From: Octopus bimaculoides
Lineage: Eukaryota
Length of the DNA stretch: 64,000 nt
Direction: 5' to 3'
NCBI RefSeq assembly: GCF_001194135.2
Contig: NC_069004.1
Span: forward strand, 25,919,277 to 25,983,276
In this document: positions 52,246 to 64,000 of the stretch, in pieces
Numbering within the stretch: position 1 is the stretch's first letter
How the letters are laid out: every line of letters begins with the position of its first letter
Program-made: the position numbers and the translations under genes
The notes under the pieces: generated by a model
Seen by the model: only the letters and a program-made list of their open reading frames with translations
What the model was told of the DNA's origin: nothing
Database searches by the model: none

Positions 52246-52400
52246 CAGATCTTCAGAATGGATCGATTCATCGTTGGAACAGCTGGTGAACCCAGCACGT
52301 AAACTAGCAACAGATGCATTCTCCAAGTCTTGGCTTACCCACATGCAAAACATCAACTCTCCTGATTCAAGCAACATTGGGTTGATGGCAAAATTTATAC
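52246..52400 (-). CDS. PASK: PASK exon (pre-kinase region)
   Basis: GINFAINPMLLESGELMFCMWVSQDLENASV...SEDL (cf. LFCCWLVKD); ttcag|gt...ctg|gtaggt; phases 1/0. Confidence 0.87.
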
Positions 52401-52744
52401 CTGAATGGTAAATAGGAGAAAAAAACTTTCACCTTTTTATTATGGCAATAATGGACATTGAAAGAATTACACAAATAATACAAATCATAATTGATTCTAA
52501 AATAAAGACAAGAACAGAAATTTTGGATCGAGGGGTATAGTTGAATGCATTGATCCCAGTACCTAATTGGTCCTGCATTTTATCAAATGTTTGGAAGAAT
52601 GAAAAAAGCAAAGTAGTATGTGAGGAGATAAATAGATCAATCCTCATTTATCACTGGGGTTTGATTAAAAATAAAACAGGAAAAAAAAACAACCCAAAAC
52701 AGTGACAAATGAATTAGTGATATATGAATCATCTCCAAGCACTT

Positions 52745-53005
52745 TGTAAATGAAACAAATAGTAGATTCACTGGCATCAAACTCACGACCCACAGCAGTG
52801 AAGCTTCCACTGTCAGGTATTTTCTTGATCATCCTTTACCTTTTTCTGTACGTAATACACTCATCTGTGTCATTTGTTAACACCAGATGCTCTCATATTG
52901 AAATGAATGGTAGATGCACAGATACCAAACTCACACTCCACAGCAATTAAGTTTCCATTGTCACATATTTTCTTGATCATCTCAACCTTTTCCTGTAGAG
53001 AAAGC
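52745..53005 (-). mobile_element. Tandem relic of a pogo/Tigger transposase HTH
   Basis: Two related ~105-nt units: LQEKVEMIKKICDNGNLIAVECEFGICASTIHF and a frameshifted EKVRMIKKIPDSGSFTAVGREFDASESTICF, resembling the CENP-B/psq HTH. Confidence 0.65.
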
Positions 53006-56000
53006 ATACATCTGTATCACTTATTAGGATCAGGTGCCTCCATGTTTTTTTTCGGTTTACTGATGGAATGTCGATGGGTATGAGCCTATAAGTTTGTATC
53101 AAAAAATACATGGCCTCACAACATAACCATGTGAACACAAGCAGCAGCCCATGCATTCTGGATGGTTGAGTACTCTGGGTGGTTGCTGGGGTGGGTTTTT
53201 GTAGTATGAACAGAAACTGATCATTGACTAGTGCTATCACAGATCAATCCATGAATAGGTAACAGGGTTCACAACTGAGTATCCCATGTTATCTTGGATC
53301 AGAAACGACAGAACCAGTGATAAACAAGGTTACATGTACCATTATGCATTTTGTCTCATGGTCTACTGGTTCTGCTAATGCACCCCCCCCCACCTACACA
53401 AAAAACACACATACACGTGATGGGTGTACATGGATTCCATCTCCCAAAAGACAATGCTGCACATAAGTCTGGCACAGCAGGACGTACTCACCATCATCAT
53501 ATAACCACTGTCTACTGTACTAGCATAGGCTGAATGGTTTGAGAGGATCCAACAAGCCAGAGGACTGTGTTGAAGCTGCAATGTCTGCTTAGGCATGGTT
53601 TCTATGGCTGGTTACCCTTCCTCATGCAAAGTAACAACAACTCATATGAAACTCAACATAAGCACAAGGCCTTAATTAGTTGATTTAATCAACTCAGTAC
53701 TTAACTAATTATTTTACCCTTTGTCCTTCCAAAGGTTGGCAAAGTCAACAGCGATAGAATTTACAACTTAGAACCCAGGCACAGGAATGGGTGTGTGATT
53801 AAGAAGTTCGCTTCCCACCTGTGTGGTTTCAGGTTCAGTCCTACTGCACGACATCTTGAGCAAACCAGTTCCTTGTGGGTGGATTTGGAAGGCAGACACT
53901 GAATGAAGCCCATAGTGTGTGTGTTTTCACAACATGTGATAATTGTAAATGAGAGTCACTGTCATACAAGCAATCCCGTTCGTTCCCAACTTCCCATGCA
54001 AATATACCTGGCCATGGGGAAATATTTCTTTCTTTGGAAACAGGTGAGGGTTGACAGCAGGAATGGCATCCAACTGTAGCGGCACAAGCAGTCAGCGCCA
54101 TATTGGGTGAGATTTCATGGTAGCCATTGCCATCTCCGAGACTGGAGCGAGACCTCACCTGCATCCATTTGCCATGCACGAGCTCACAATGAGGCTTGTA
54201 ATGGCAAAACTATACAAGGAAAGAAACCTCGAGGTTCGTTCTCACTTTTCCTGCTGCGACCGCTAGCTGAGCACATCTCACTAGCTTGTCCTCTACGCTA
54301 GTCCACTTGTCGCATCTCCTGAGGCAATGGGCCCGCGTAATGGAGAACGATGAATTCACACCGCATGAGATGGCTGCAAAGAGCAACATACCACACCTTT
54401 GTATATATTGTAAATAAATACTANNNNNNNNNNNNNNNNNNNNNNNNNNNNNNNNNNNNNNNNNNNNNNNNNNNNNNNNNNNNNNNNNNNNNNNNNNNNN
54501 NNNNNNNNNNNNNNNNNNNNNNNNNNNNNNNNNNNNNNNNNNNNNNNNNNNNNNNNNNNNNNNNNNNNNNNNNNNNNNNNNNNNNNNNNNNNNNNNNNNN
54601 NNNNNNNNNNNNNNNNNNNNNNNNNNNNNNNNNNNNNNNNNNNNNNNNNNNNNNNNNNNNNNNNNNNNNNNNNNNNNNNNNNNNNNNNNNNNNNNNNNNN
54701 NNNNNNNNNNNNNNNNNNNNNNNNNNNNNNNNNNNNNNNNNNNNNNNNNNNNNNNNNNNNNNNNNNNNNNNNNNNNNNNNNNNNNNNNNNNNNNNNNNNN
54801 NNNNNNNTAATTAATTAAGTCAACCATAGCATATGTCTGGTATTTCATTGACATTGCAAGGTTGAAAGACAAAGTAAACCCATGTGGAATTGGAAGTTAA
54901 TAATGGAGGGATGCCAGTTGGAATACTAAGCAGTTATTTAATATAATTTGGGCAGGATAAATAGCACAAAGTATTTTTGTTCAAATGAACTGGTTTCTTT
55001 TTTTATCAGTTTTCTTGCCAATACATACATTTTTTTGCCAAAATAGATTGAGGAAACACACAGGCATGGCTGTGTGGTAAGAAGTTTGCTTCCCAACCAC
55101 ATGGTTCTGGGTTCACTTCCACTGCACAACATTTTGGGCAAGTCTCTTCTCCAATAGCCTTGGGCCGACCAAAGCCTTGTGAATGAATTTGGTAGATGGA
55201 AACTGAAAGAAGCCTATCATGTGAGTGTGTGTGTGTCTTTGTGTCTGTATTTGTCCCCCACCACTGCTTGACAACCAGTGTTGGCATGTTTATGTCTCCA
55301 TACCATAACTTAGGGATTTGGTAAAAGAGACAAACAGAATAAGTACTAGGCTTCAAAAAAATTAAGTACTGGGGTCGATTAGTTCAACTGAAACTCTTCA
55401 AGGCGGTGCCCCAGCCTGGCCGCAGCCTAATAAATGAGACAAGTAAAAGATTAAAAGACAAAAGACACACATGATAGGCTTTACACAATTTCCATCTCCC
55501 AAATTTTACCGGAAAAATATTGACCAAACAGCTTTTTATGGTAGAAGGTGGGATAATATTGAGACAGAGCTGAAAAAGCAGGGATCTAGCAGGAGAGCAG
55601 CAGAAAAGACGGACCAGAGTCGAACAATGGAGAAAAGCCTTTGATGGCCTACTCTCCATAGGGAGTGAGGGTCATTATGTAATGTAAAGGTGGTCATAGG
55701 TACATAGAAAGCAATGCACAAGGGATATCACCTCCTGTTTCTGCCATTTTTTATGGTTATTAACAAACTTCATGCTTGGCAATTGGTGTTGGGTTGTTTG
55801 TGTCTCCTGTAACTAAGTGATGAAGGCCCATGCCTTAGTGGTTGAGGTATTCAGTTGACAATCGTGAGGTCATCAGCTCAATTCCAGGCAGTACATTTTG
55901 TCCTTGAGCAAGACACTTCATTTCCCATTGCTCCAGGCCACTCAAGACAGCGTGCAGTAGGACTGAACCAGAAACCACATGGTTTCAAAGAATCTTTCTT

Positions 56001-58347
56001 AGACATACAACCATACTTGAATCCTTGATAACCGGTGTTGGTTTGTTTGTGTTCAACACTGGTGAAGACATGTGGCTTCGTGGTTAGGGTATACAGCAGA
56101 CAATTGTGAGGTTGTCAGTTCAATTCCTAGCAGTGCATTGTATTCTTGAGCAAGATACTTTATTTCATATTGCTCCAGGGCACTCAAGATGCAGGAACCA
56201 TATAGTTTCAAAGTATACTCCTTAGATGCACAGCCATACTTAAATCCTTGGCAACTGGTGTTGGTTCATTTGTGTCCCCTGTAACTTAGTGGTTCAACAA
56301 AAGAGACCTATAGAATAAGTATCAGAATTTTTTTTTAAATCAAGTATTGGGGTTGATTTGTTTGATGGAAAACCCTTCAAGGTGGTGCCCCAGCATGACC
56401 ATAGTCTGAGAACTGAAACAAAGATAAAAAATAAAAAAGGTAGGATTGGTTATTAATAGCAATCCTATTAATAATGTACAATGTCTTAAATTTGGAGTTG
56501 GTGGAGGAGGTAGGGTACAGTTGATTATGTCAATCCTTGTGGTTAAGGGGGCCAGGGTGAACAGCAACAGATGCACTGCTTCATCCTCACCCCTTCTTTC
56601 TTCACCGCCGCCGTTGCCGCCGCCACTGCCACTGCCGCCACCACCACCACCATGTTCCTTTGTAGTCTCTTCATGTTTCATTTACTGAGGTGGAGTTTGC
56701 ACATGGATTTGTGGGAGGGACAGTTGTCAATCGCACCAGCCCCAGTACTTCGCAGGTGCTTTTTTTTTTTTATTCTTATCAACCTTGGAAAGAAGGACGA
56801 AAGGCAAAACTGGCCTTGGAAGGATTTGAACTCAGAATGTAAAGGGTTGTAATTAACCCATTACCTTCCATAACTCTATTAACTGGAATTTTTTTTTTTA
56901 TGCAACTTTGATTTCTAGCATAAAACAGCCTTAGAAACATGCTGGAATGATCAAAATAACATTTCAAAATAGCACTTTAAATAGAAATAAGCGAGATATC
57001 GGGTGAAAAATTAGCAAACCTCATTTGAACATCAGAGAAATATACCTAGTAGATATAGCAAAAAGGTTAGATATGTGTAAATATTGACAGATAATTAAGA
57101 AATTTGTAATTTTTAAGTGATCTCATATGAGATCACTGGTAGGTAATGGGTCAAATGGTCGAGAACGTGAAGGGGACGGATGGAGGAGGAGATTGGGAGG
57201 GTTGGCTTGAGAAAGGAAGACACCCAAAACCAGGCATGATGGCGAGATGGTGTGAGGGCAGTTGCTATGGCATTGAGGTAGATCTGGCTGCCCCCATTAA
57301 CGGGGACAAAACCCGGATTGAAAACACTGGATGATGATAATGACGACATTACTCCATAAGGAACATAGGGCCAGGTTCCTGGTTTCTTTGGCATATACAT
57401 TCCTCCCTGGATGGGATGCCAGTCCATTGCAGGATTGCTCACCTTTGCCAGCAGAGTGGATTGGAACAATGTGAAATGAAGTGTTTTGCTTAATGCAACA
57501 CATCGCCCAGTCCAAGAATTGAAACCACATCCTTTCGATTACTCATTTTTATCAGCCATGTGAACTAGAACAGAGTGAAATGAAATATTTTGCTCAAGAA
57601 CACAACACATCACCCAGTCCAAGAATAGAAACTACAATCTTATGATCACCAAGCCATGCACCTCCATGCTGGCGTGTCACAGGATTACTCATTTTGGTCA
57701 TGGAATAAAATGAAATGAAGTATTTCGCTCAAGAACACAACACATCGCCCAGCTGAAGAATTGAAACCACGGCCTTTTGATTGTTCATTTTTATCAGTTG
57801 TGTGAACTGGAACAAAGCGAAATGAAGTGTTTTATTCTTTTATTCGTTTCAGTCATTTGACTGCGGCCATGCTGGAGCACTGCCTTTAGTTGAGCAAATT
57901 GACCCCGGGACTTATTCTTTGTAAGCCTAGTACTTATTCTATTGGTCCTTCTTGCCAAACTACTAAGTTATGGGAATGTAAACACACCAGCGATGTTGGG
58001 GGGACAAACACAGACACACAAACATACATATATATACGACGGGCTTCTTTCAGTTTCCGTCTACCAAATCCACTCACAAGGCTTTGGTTGACCCGGGGCT
58101 ATAGTAGAAGACACTTGCCCAAGGTGCCACGCAGTGGGACTGAACTCGGAACCATGTGGTTGGTAAGCAAGCTACTTACCACACAGCCACTCCTTGCTCA
58201 AGACTACAACACATCGCCCAGACCAGGAATAGAAACTACAATCTTATGATCATTAAGCCATGCAACTCCATGCTGTAATTAAATGCCACAGGGTATTTTG
58301 TTTGCTTCTATCTGTCAACCAAATCAAGATACAAAAATTGTTCTTAC

Positions 58348-58679
58348 CAATGTAGGATCCATCCTTGTGGACACACATTCCTGAAAACTCTCCGTCCGTG
58401 AACTCATCGAGGTTGCTGAGGTTTTCTTGAATTGATTCGTTGTCCTCAGGGACGTCATCCATCTCACTCTTGGTCTTGTTACGCTGAATATGGCTATTTC
58501 GCATAGCTGTTTTCTGGTAGTTTGGAGACAGATGTTTGACAACTGATGTTTTAAGTACAGCTTCAGAAATCACTGTCTCGTGAAGACGAGGATCGAGGAC
58601 AGGAACATTATCAAAAGCCAATTTGCTCAGCTGGTTTTTATTATCGTTTGGAGATTCTCCTATATCCTGGATTACTAAA
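58348..58679 (-). CDS. PASK: PASK exon (linker to pre-kinase region)
   Basis: ...LSNLDEFTDGEFSGMCVHKDGSYIG resembles the PASK YSGSCYHRDG motif; atcag|t...g|gtaag; phases 2/1. Confidence 0.87.
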
Positions 58680-59814
58680 CTGATAAAAATCAAAAAAAAA
58701 ATAATAATTTTTAAACGGTGAAAACATAAAAACTTATAAACAGAGTATATTCAGATGATAAAAGATGCTGGGAGGCAAAGTTTAGTATTTCCTGAATCTC
58801 TCATCATCATCATCATCGTTTAACATCCATGTTCCATGTTGGCAAGGGTTCGATGGTTTGACAGGAGCTGGCCAGGCAGGAGCCTGCACCAGACTTCTGT
58901 GTCTGTTTTGGCAGGGTTTTTACAGCTGGATGCCCTTCATAACACTAACCACTCAGCAGAGTGGACACCACCCAGATGATAAGAAGAAAAAGATAATCTC
59001 AGAAGGGTAAAAACACAAAAACACACGCAGTAAGTAAATCAGATGATGACGGACATCGGATTTCCTCATCCGCACCCCAACTCTTCCTAGTGATATATTC
59101 CCCCAGCTCTTCTATACTTTTGGACAGAGTAGCCATCTCAGGCACTGGCACCCTTCACAACTGTTGTATTCCTCTCGGGGGACTCGCAGAGAAAAGACAA
59201 CGAGTTGTACAACTTAGTTATTACATTTATTTATTAATTATAAACAAAGAACGCATTCACCGAATGTTCGTTATTAAGAAACAAGAATGTTGTCCTCGCC
59301 ATATATATCAATAACATTCCACTTCGACAGTCATTCAAAACAACAACGAAACAAGGACTTCAGACGAACCACATTGAAACATGGGACCTCAGACGAACAA
59401 CACACAAATCCAACAGTCCATATAACAACAACCTTCAAGGTGAAGAGAGCTCAATCACTGGCTGCAGATCTACTACTTCCCAGATACAAGTTAAGGCTGA
59501 CATACACAGAATAATTGCTGTTCATTTTTAACGTCTACTTTTCTATGCCTGCGTTAATTAAATGGAATTTGAGACAGGTATTCTATAGCCAGATGCGCTT
59601 TCTGTCGCTTTCAGCACTGGAGATGGCAGAAATTTATCTCGCCGCTAGTGATATAAACAAGAATAAACAAAAGTCAAATATGAGAGTTTCTTTCATGGTA
59701 TCTACCACTGTATAGCTTGCTTTAACAGGACATCCATGTTTAAGTGGGAATCGAAATTAAAATAAGCATAAAAAAAAAAAATTGATTGTAGTTTTTAATT
59801 AATTTAATACTAAC

Positions 59815-61099
59815 CTCTTTTGCAGCATATCTTCAGTTTTTTTTGAACTGCCACAAGAGCTTAATATATCACCACTGTCAAGGAGGTCTTCATCGTAATC
59901 TTTTCCTTGACAAGACTTTTGAATTTCTTTCTCCAAAAGTTCAAAGCTGTCTTCTTCAGAGTCTTCAGAGGATGCTAGCATTTTATCCGTTTTGGATTTT
60001 TCAAAACACATTTTCCTGGGAGGCAGTGCTTTGAAACTCCTTCTCCGCCGTAATTTATAGTTTGATGGAGGGGCTTGTTTGGAAACCGACTCAGTCAGGG
60101 AAACACTCATTCTGTTTATAAGATTAACGTTGGATTCTTTCTTATCAACTCCACGTTTTCTTGTCAGAGTCTTCTTGCGGTCATTAACATCACCTATACT
60201 GTCAGCAGCCACTACATTCTCATGAAAGCGTCCACTGTCAAGATTGTTGTCGGAACCAAATTCACTGGGCAGCAGTTCACAGTCTACTTGAAGGGCTTTC
60301 ATCTTAGATTCAACTAAAGTTAGTTCAGAACCAACAGATTGTGTTCTTGAACAGAGCTTGGTTTTACAAAGAAAGCTGTTATCATGTTTTATCGCTACAG
60401 CCTCTGTTAGGAGATAGTCATCAGCCTTATCATTAAGATTTTCGTTTGGCGAGCTGGTGTTTTCCAGGTCTAAGCTCTTGTTATGGAATAATTTATCACC
60501 AGTTGTGTCTTCAGTATTGTTGCTAATATATAAATTAGATTCTACAGGAGTCTTTGAATCCTCAATGGAAGTGAATTTGCTGGTCTTTAAATCTTTGGCT
60601 GTCTTGTCACCATCTTCAAACTGGTTGCAAGCATGATCACCATCACCATCACCATCGTGTTGTTGCTCCTCAACAGACAGCGTAGAGCGAGCTTTTGCAA
60701 TTCCAACATCTGGGGCACATTTAGACTCTTCAGGCTTTTTAGTAGTAACGCCTTCAAGAGGATCTGGCTCCAGTATCACAACAGAACTGTCTTCAGGGTT
60801 TGAGAACAAATCATTAGTCAAAACTGGCTCATGCTGCCTGTCCTTCATTTTAACGGCAGGCAGAAATAACAGATCTTCATCTATCACAGAAGGGGTGATT
60901 TCATTATGGTTTAAGCTTTTTGAAGAACGATATGGGGTTGAAGAATTTTCAGGTTTCAGTTCCTCCACATCCTTCATCCAGTTACTGAAATCAAGTGTGC
61001 CCTTTTCTTCAGCATTTCTTTCTATAAACTGGTTTTCTTTCAGCATTTCTTGGTGCTTGTGGTGTGCTATATTTCCTTCAAGGGTAGCCCTTTTGGAGC
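59815..61099 (-). CDS. PASK: PASK large linker exon (1285 nt, acidic/Ser-rich)
   Basis: Inside the 449-aa ORF 59799-61148; ctag|gc acceptor (phase 1) and ag|gttagt donor (phase 2) match the flanking exons. Confidence 0.85.
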
Positions 61100-61429
61100 C
61101 TAGAAAATTATATTTAAACAATATTAAAACAACAACAAAAACAAACAAAAAGAAAACAGTTAAGCACAGGACTTTTAGCTCAAAGAGGTATCATTTAAAG
61201 TAGTGATTCTCAGCTGGGGTCTATATGGTTTTGGGCGGGGTCCATATAAGATTTTGGTGTTAAAATTCATCTGCAATAAACTGGTTATACTTTTTATAGG
61301 GTGTCCACAAAGTCTGGGTACAGGGAGTAAATAAAATCATAACATGTCTTCTTTTTTTAATTTTTTTAATTTTACAGGAGAGTAAATTAATAGCCAGATT
61401 AAAGGGGCTAGTTTTTTGAAGCAAACAAG

Positions 61430-62090
61430 AGGATGGGAGGGAGGCAGGCAGGCAGGAGAGAGAGAAGGAGGGAGACAGAGGATAAGGAATAGAGGAAAGG
61501 AGGGAGAAGAGGAGAGAGAGGGAGACGGGGAGAAAGGGAGAAGNNNNNNNNNNNNNNNNNNNNNNNNNNNNNNNNNNNNNNNNNNNNNNNNNNNNNNNNN
61601 NNNNNNNNNNNNNNNNNNNNNNNNNNNNNNNNNNNNNNNNNNNNNNNNNNNNNNNNNNNNNNNNNNNNNNNNNNNNNNNNNNNNNNNNNNNNNNNNNNNN
61701 NNNNNNNNNNNNNNNNNNNNNNNNNNNNNNNNNNNNNNNNNNNNNNNNNNNNNNNNNNNNNNNNNNNNNNNNNNNNNNNNNNNNNNNNNNNNNNNNNNNN
61801 NNNNNNNNNNNNNNNNNNNNNNNNNNNNNNNNNNNNNNNNNNNNNNNNNNNNNNNNNNNNNNNNNNNNNNNNNNNNNNNNNNNNNNNNNNNNNNNNNNNN
61901 NNNNNNNNNNNNNNNNNNNNNNNNNNNNNNNNNNNNNNNNNNNNNNNNNNAAGGGGAGAGAGGGAGAAGAGAGAAAGAGAAGAGGAAGGAGAGGAATAGA
62001 GAACAAGGAAAGGAAGTGGAGAGGAGGGAGAGGAGCGAGGAGGGGATAGGGAGAGACAAAGAAATGCATGAGATAAAACTGAAAGAAAAA
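61430..62090. repeat. GA-rich low-complexity tract spanning a gap in a PASK intron
   Basis: Directly visible. Confidence 0.9.
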
Positions 62091-62135
62091 GAAAACATTA
62101 CTTTGACAGCGTTTCTCTCTTTTTTTTTTTTTTAC

Positions 62136-62274
62136 CTTTTCTCTTCCCTTTATTCGACAGAGTTGATGTCTCGCTAACGGAGTTTTTCAGCAGACTTGAA
62201 TTGCAATGATTACTAGATGAGACATTCATTGAACTCACAATGGAATAGAAATCAGGAATCAGTGTGCTGATAGT
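62136..62274 (-). CDS. PASK: PASK exon (end of PAS, start of linker)
   Basis: TISTLIPDFYSIVSSMNVSSSNHCNSSLLKNSVSETSTLSNKGKRK (cf. NITFLIPGFY); tgtag|act...g|gtaaaa; phases 0/1 bridge the neighbouring exons. Confidence 0.85.
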
Positions 62275-63039
62275 CTACAGGAGAAAGAGAAAGATAAACA
62301 AAAGGTCATGATGTCTAAGCTGTGCTGATGAGAGTTAAAAAGCCTGAAACAACTCTGGAATTGTCTCCCATAAGTTAAAAATATCAAATATTATTCTGTA
62401 ACTAATACTGGTTTCAAATTTCGAGGGAAGGGGTAAGTTGATTACATCGACCCACCCAATGCTCAACTGATACTTATTTTATTGACCCCAAAAGGATGAA
62501 AGGTAAAGATGACCATGCCAGAATTTGAACTCAGAACGTAAAAATGGATGAAATACTGCTAAGCAGTTTGTCCAGCTTGTCACTTTATTCAGTAACTAAT
62601 GTTGCTTTTTATTTTCATCTCACCCCACATAACTTTTTCTAGTTAGCTTTGTGATGTTCTCGTCATTAAACATGCTAAAATTCAAGCATTGGAATTATAC
62701 AGATCTATTATACTGGTATAAACTTGTTGACCTATGAATGAACTTCTATGTGGTTGCCAGACGTGCAAGAAATGGTAGCTATCCGACTCCTCTTTATGTA
62801 ATTAAGTGCTTGTACTTTGAGTAGGCCTATATGTCATAACTGGTTTATATTAAAAAATTAAGACATTGTGAGTCAGAATCAGAGTCGGTATAGTTTTACC
62901 GACTCTGACTTCATACGATTGTAAGCCAGACACTCTAACCACTAAGCTACATGCCTTCACCTAAAGACAAAACCATTACCAAAAGGGCTGAATTAAAGAA
63001 TAAGTTCCAAAAGCTGGAAAGACAGAAATGATGGGTTAC

Positions 63040-63200
63040 CTTGCCGATAAGTTCCGAACTTGAATAACCAAAGAGCATCAGTGCGAAATGGTGATTAATG
63101 CTGTGTATTGTGCCATCAGGAAAGAATGTTATGAGCCCAGTGATGGTGGAGAAAATACAAACGACACCTTCAAAGATACTGGTTAATCTACAAGCAGAAT
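63040..63200 (-). CDS. PASK: PASK exon (PAS region)
   Basis: DSACRLTSIFEGVVCIFSTITGLITFFPDGTIHSINHHFALMLFGYSSSELIGK resembles the vertebrate PASK segment GLITLLPDGTIHGINHSFALTLFGY (from memory); ttcag|at...aag|gtaacc. Confidence 0.9.
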
Positions 63201-63285
63201 CTGAAAGGAAAAAAAAACATATGTATGCATATAAGGTGTACAAATAGGACCGGAACAGTTCCCTTCATCAGCTGTTTATCTAGAT

Positions 63286-64000
63286 CATCATCGTCATCGT
63301 TTAATGTCCCCTTTCCATGCTAGCATGGGTTGGACGATTTGACTGAGGACTGGTGAAACCAGATGGCTACACCAGGTTCCAATCTGATTTGGCAGTTTCT
63401 ACAGCTGGATGCCCTTCCTGACGCCAACCACTCCAAGAGTGTAGTGGGTGCTTTTACGTGCCACCGGCATGAAGGCCAGTCAGACGGTACTGGCAACGGC
63501 CACGCTCAAAATGGGGTATTTTACGTGCCACCTGCACAGGAGCCAGTCCAGCGGCAGTGGCAACGACCTTGCTCGAATGTCTTTTCATGTGCCACCGGCA
63601 CAAGTGCCAGTAGGGCGATGCTGGTAACGATCACGCTCAAATGGTGCTATTTACGTGCCACTGGCACGGAAGCCAGACAGCTGCTCTGGCAACGTTCACG
63701 CTCGGACGGTGCTTTTAGCACTCCACTGGTACAGGTGCCATCATGATTTTGCTTTCACTTGCACCAACAGGTCATCACAAGCTGAGTTTAGTGTCCAATG
63801 AAGGAGAGGTTGGCATGGGTGCCAGTCATCGAATTTGGTTTGATTTCGATTCCACTTGCCTCAACAGGTCTCGCAAGCGGAGTTTAGTGTCCAATGAAGG
63901 AAAGGTACGCATAAGTGGGCTGGCTACATCCCTAGCAGAAGCCTCGGATTATGGTCTCACTTGGCTTGCCGGGTCTTCTCATGCACAGCATATTTCCAAA
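63286..64000 (-). mobile_element. RTE-tailed element, family D, with internal tandem hairpin units (copies 18440-18720 +, 18870-19280 +, 21965-22330 -, 24746-25090 -, 29688-29840 -, 31251-31600 -, 33390-33672 +, 45590-45917 +)
   Basis: Common 3' end ...ggaagggcatccagctgtagaaactctgcc...ccatgctagcatggaaagcggacgttaaac(gat)n with variable 5' truncation, typical of non-LTR retrotransposition. Could be a SINE or the 3' UTR of an RTE LINE. Confidence 0.85.

Noticed and set aside
54100-54400. GC-richer minus-strand stretch with an acceptor-like tttgcag as an extra PASK exon or an HDV-like ribozyme
   Set aside because: No PASK similarity, exons 58348 and 52400 already join in phase and motif, and I could not build an HDV double pseudoknot. 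Probably a retroelement fragment.
63420-63720. CRISPR-like or twister-like reading of the hairpin tandem units
   Set aside because: Eukaryotic context, no unique spacers and no cas genes. GCCGGU is present but the rest of the twister core is absent.

Overview
AT-rich, repeat-dense eukaryotic genomic DNA with many N-gaps. The SINE families and microsatellite load suggest an octopus or other coleoid cephalopod (inference). Two intron-rich genes converge tail-to-tail. (1) Mitochondrial NAD(P) transhydrogenase NNT, + strand: ATG at 8821, stop at 41324, 15 visible phase-compatible GT-AG coding exons giving 1014 aa, plus one expected ~50-aa exon probably in the 14215-15149 gap. (2) The middle part of PAS kinase PASK, - strand: 7 exons from 63200 down to 49116; its 5' end lies beyond the window and its kinase C-lobe exons could not be found. 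Introns and intergenic DNA hold four tRNA-type or RTE-tailed SINE families, RTE and CR1/L2-like LINE fragments, a solo LTR with a 4-bp TSD, mariner, pogo, hAT and piggyBac-type MITEs or relics, a possible Helitron end and long palindromes. The most unusual signal is three hammerhead-ribozyme-like folds in NNT introns, all in sense orientation and each with a lesion. One sits in a small element that joins a tRNA-like Pol III head to a Penelope-type hammerhead tail and is bracketed by 28-bp inverted repeats. All alignments and folds were done by eye, with no database searches.
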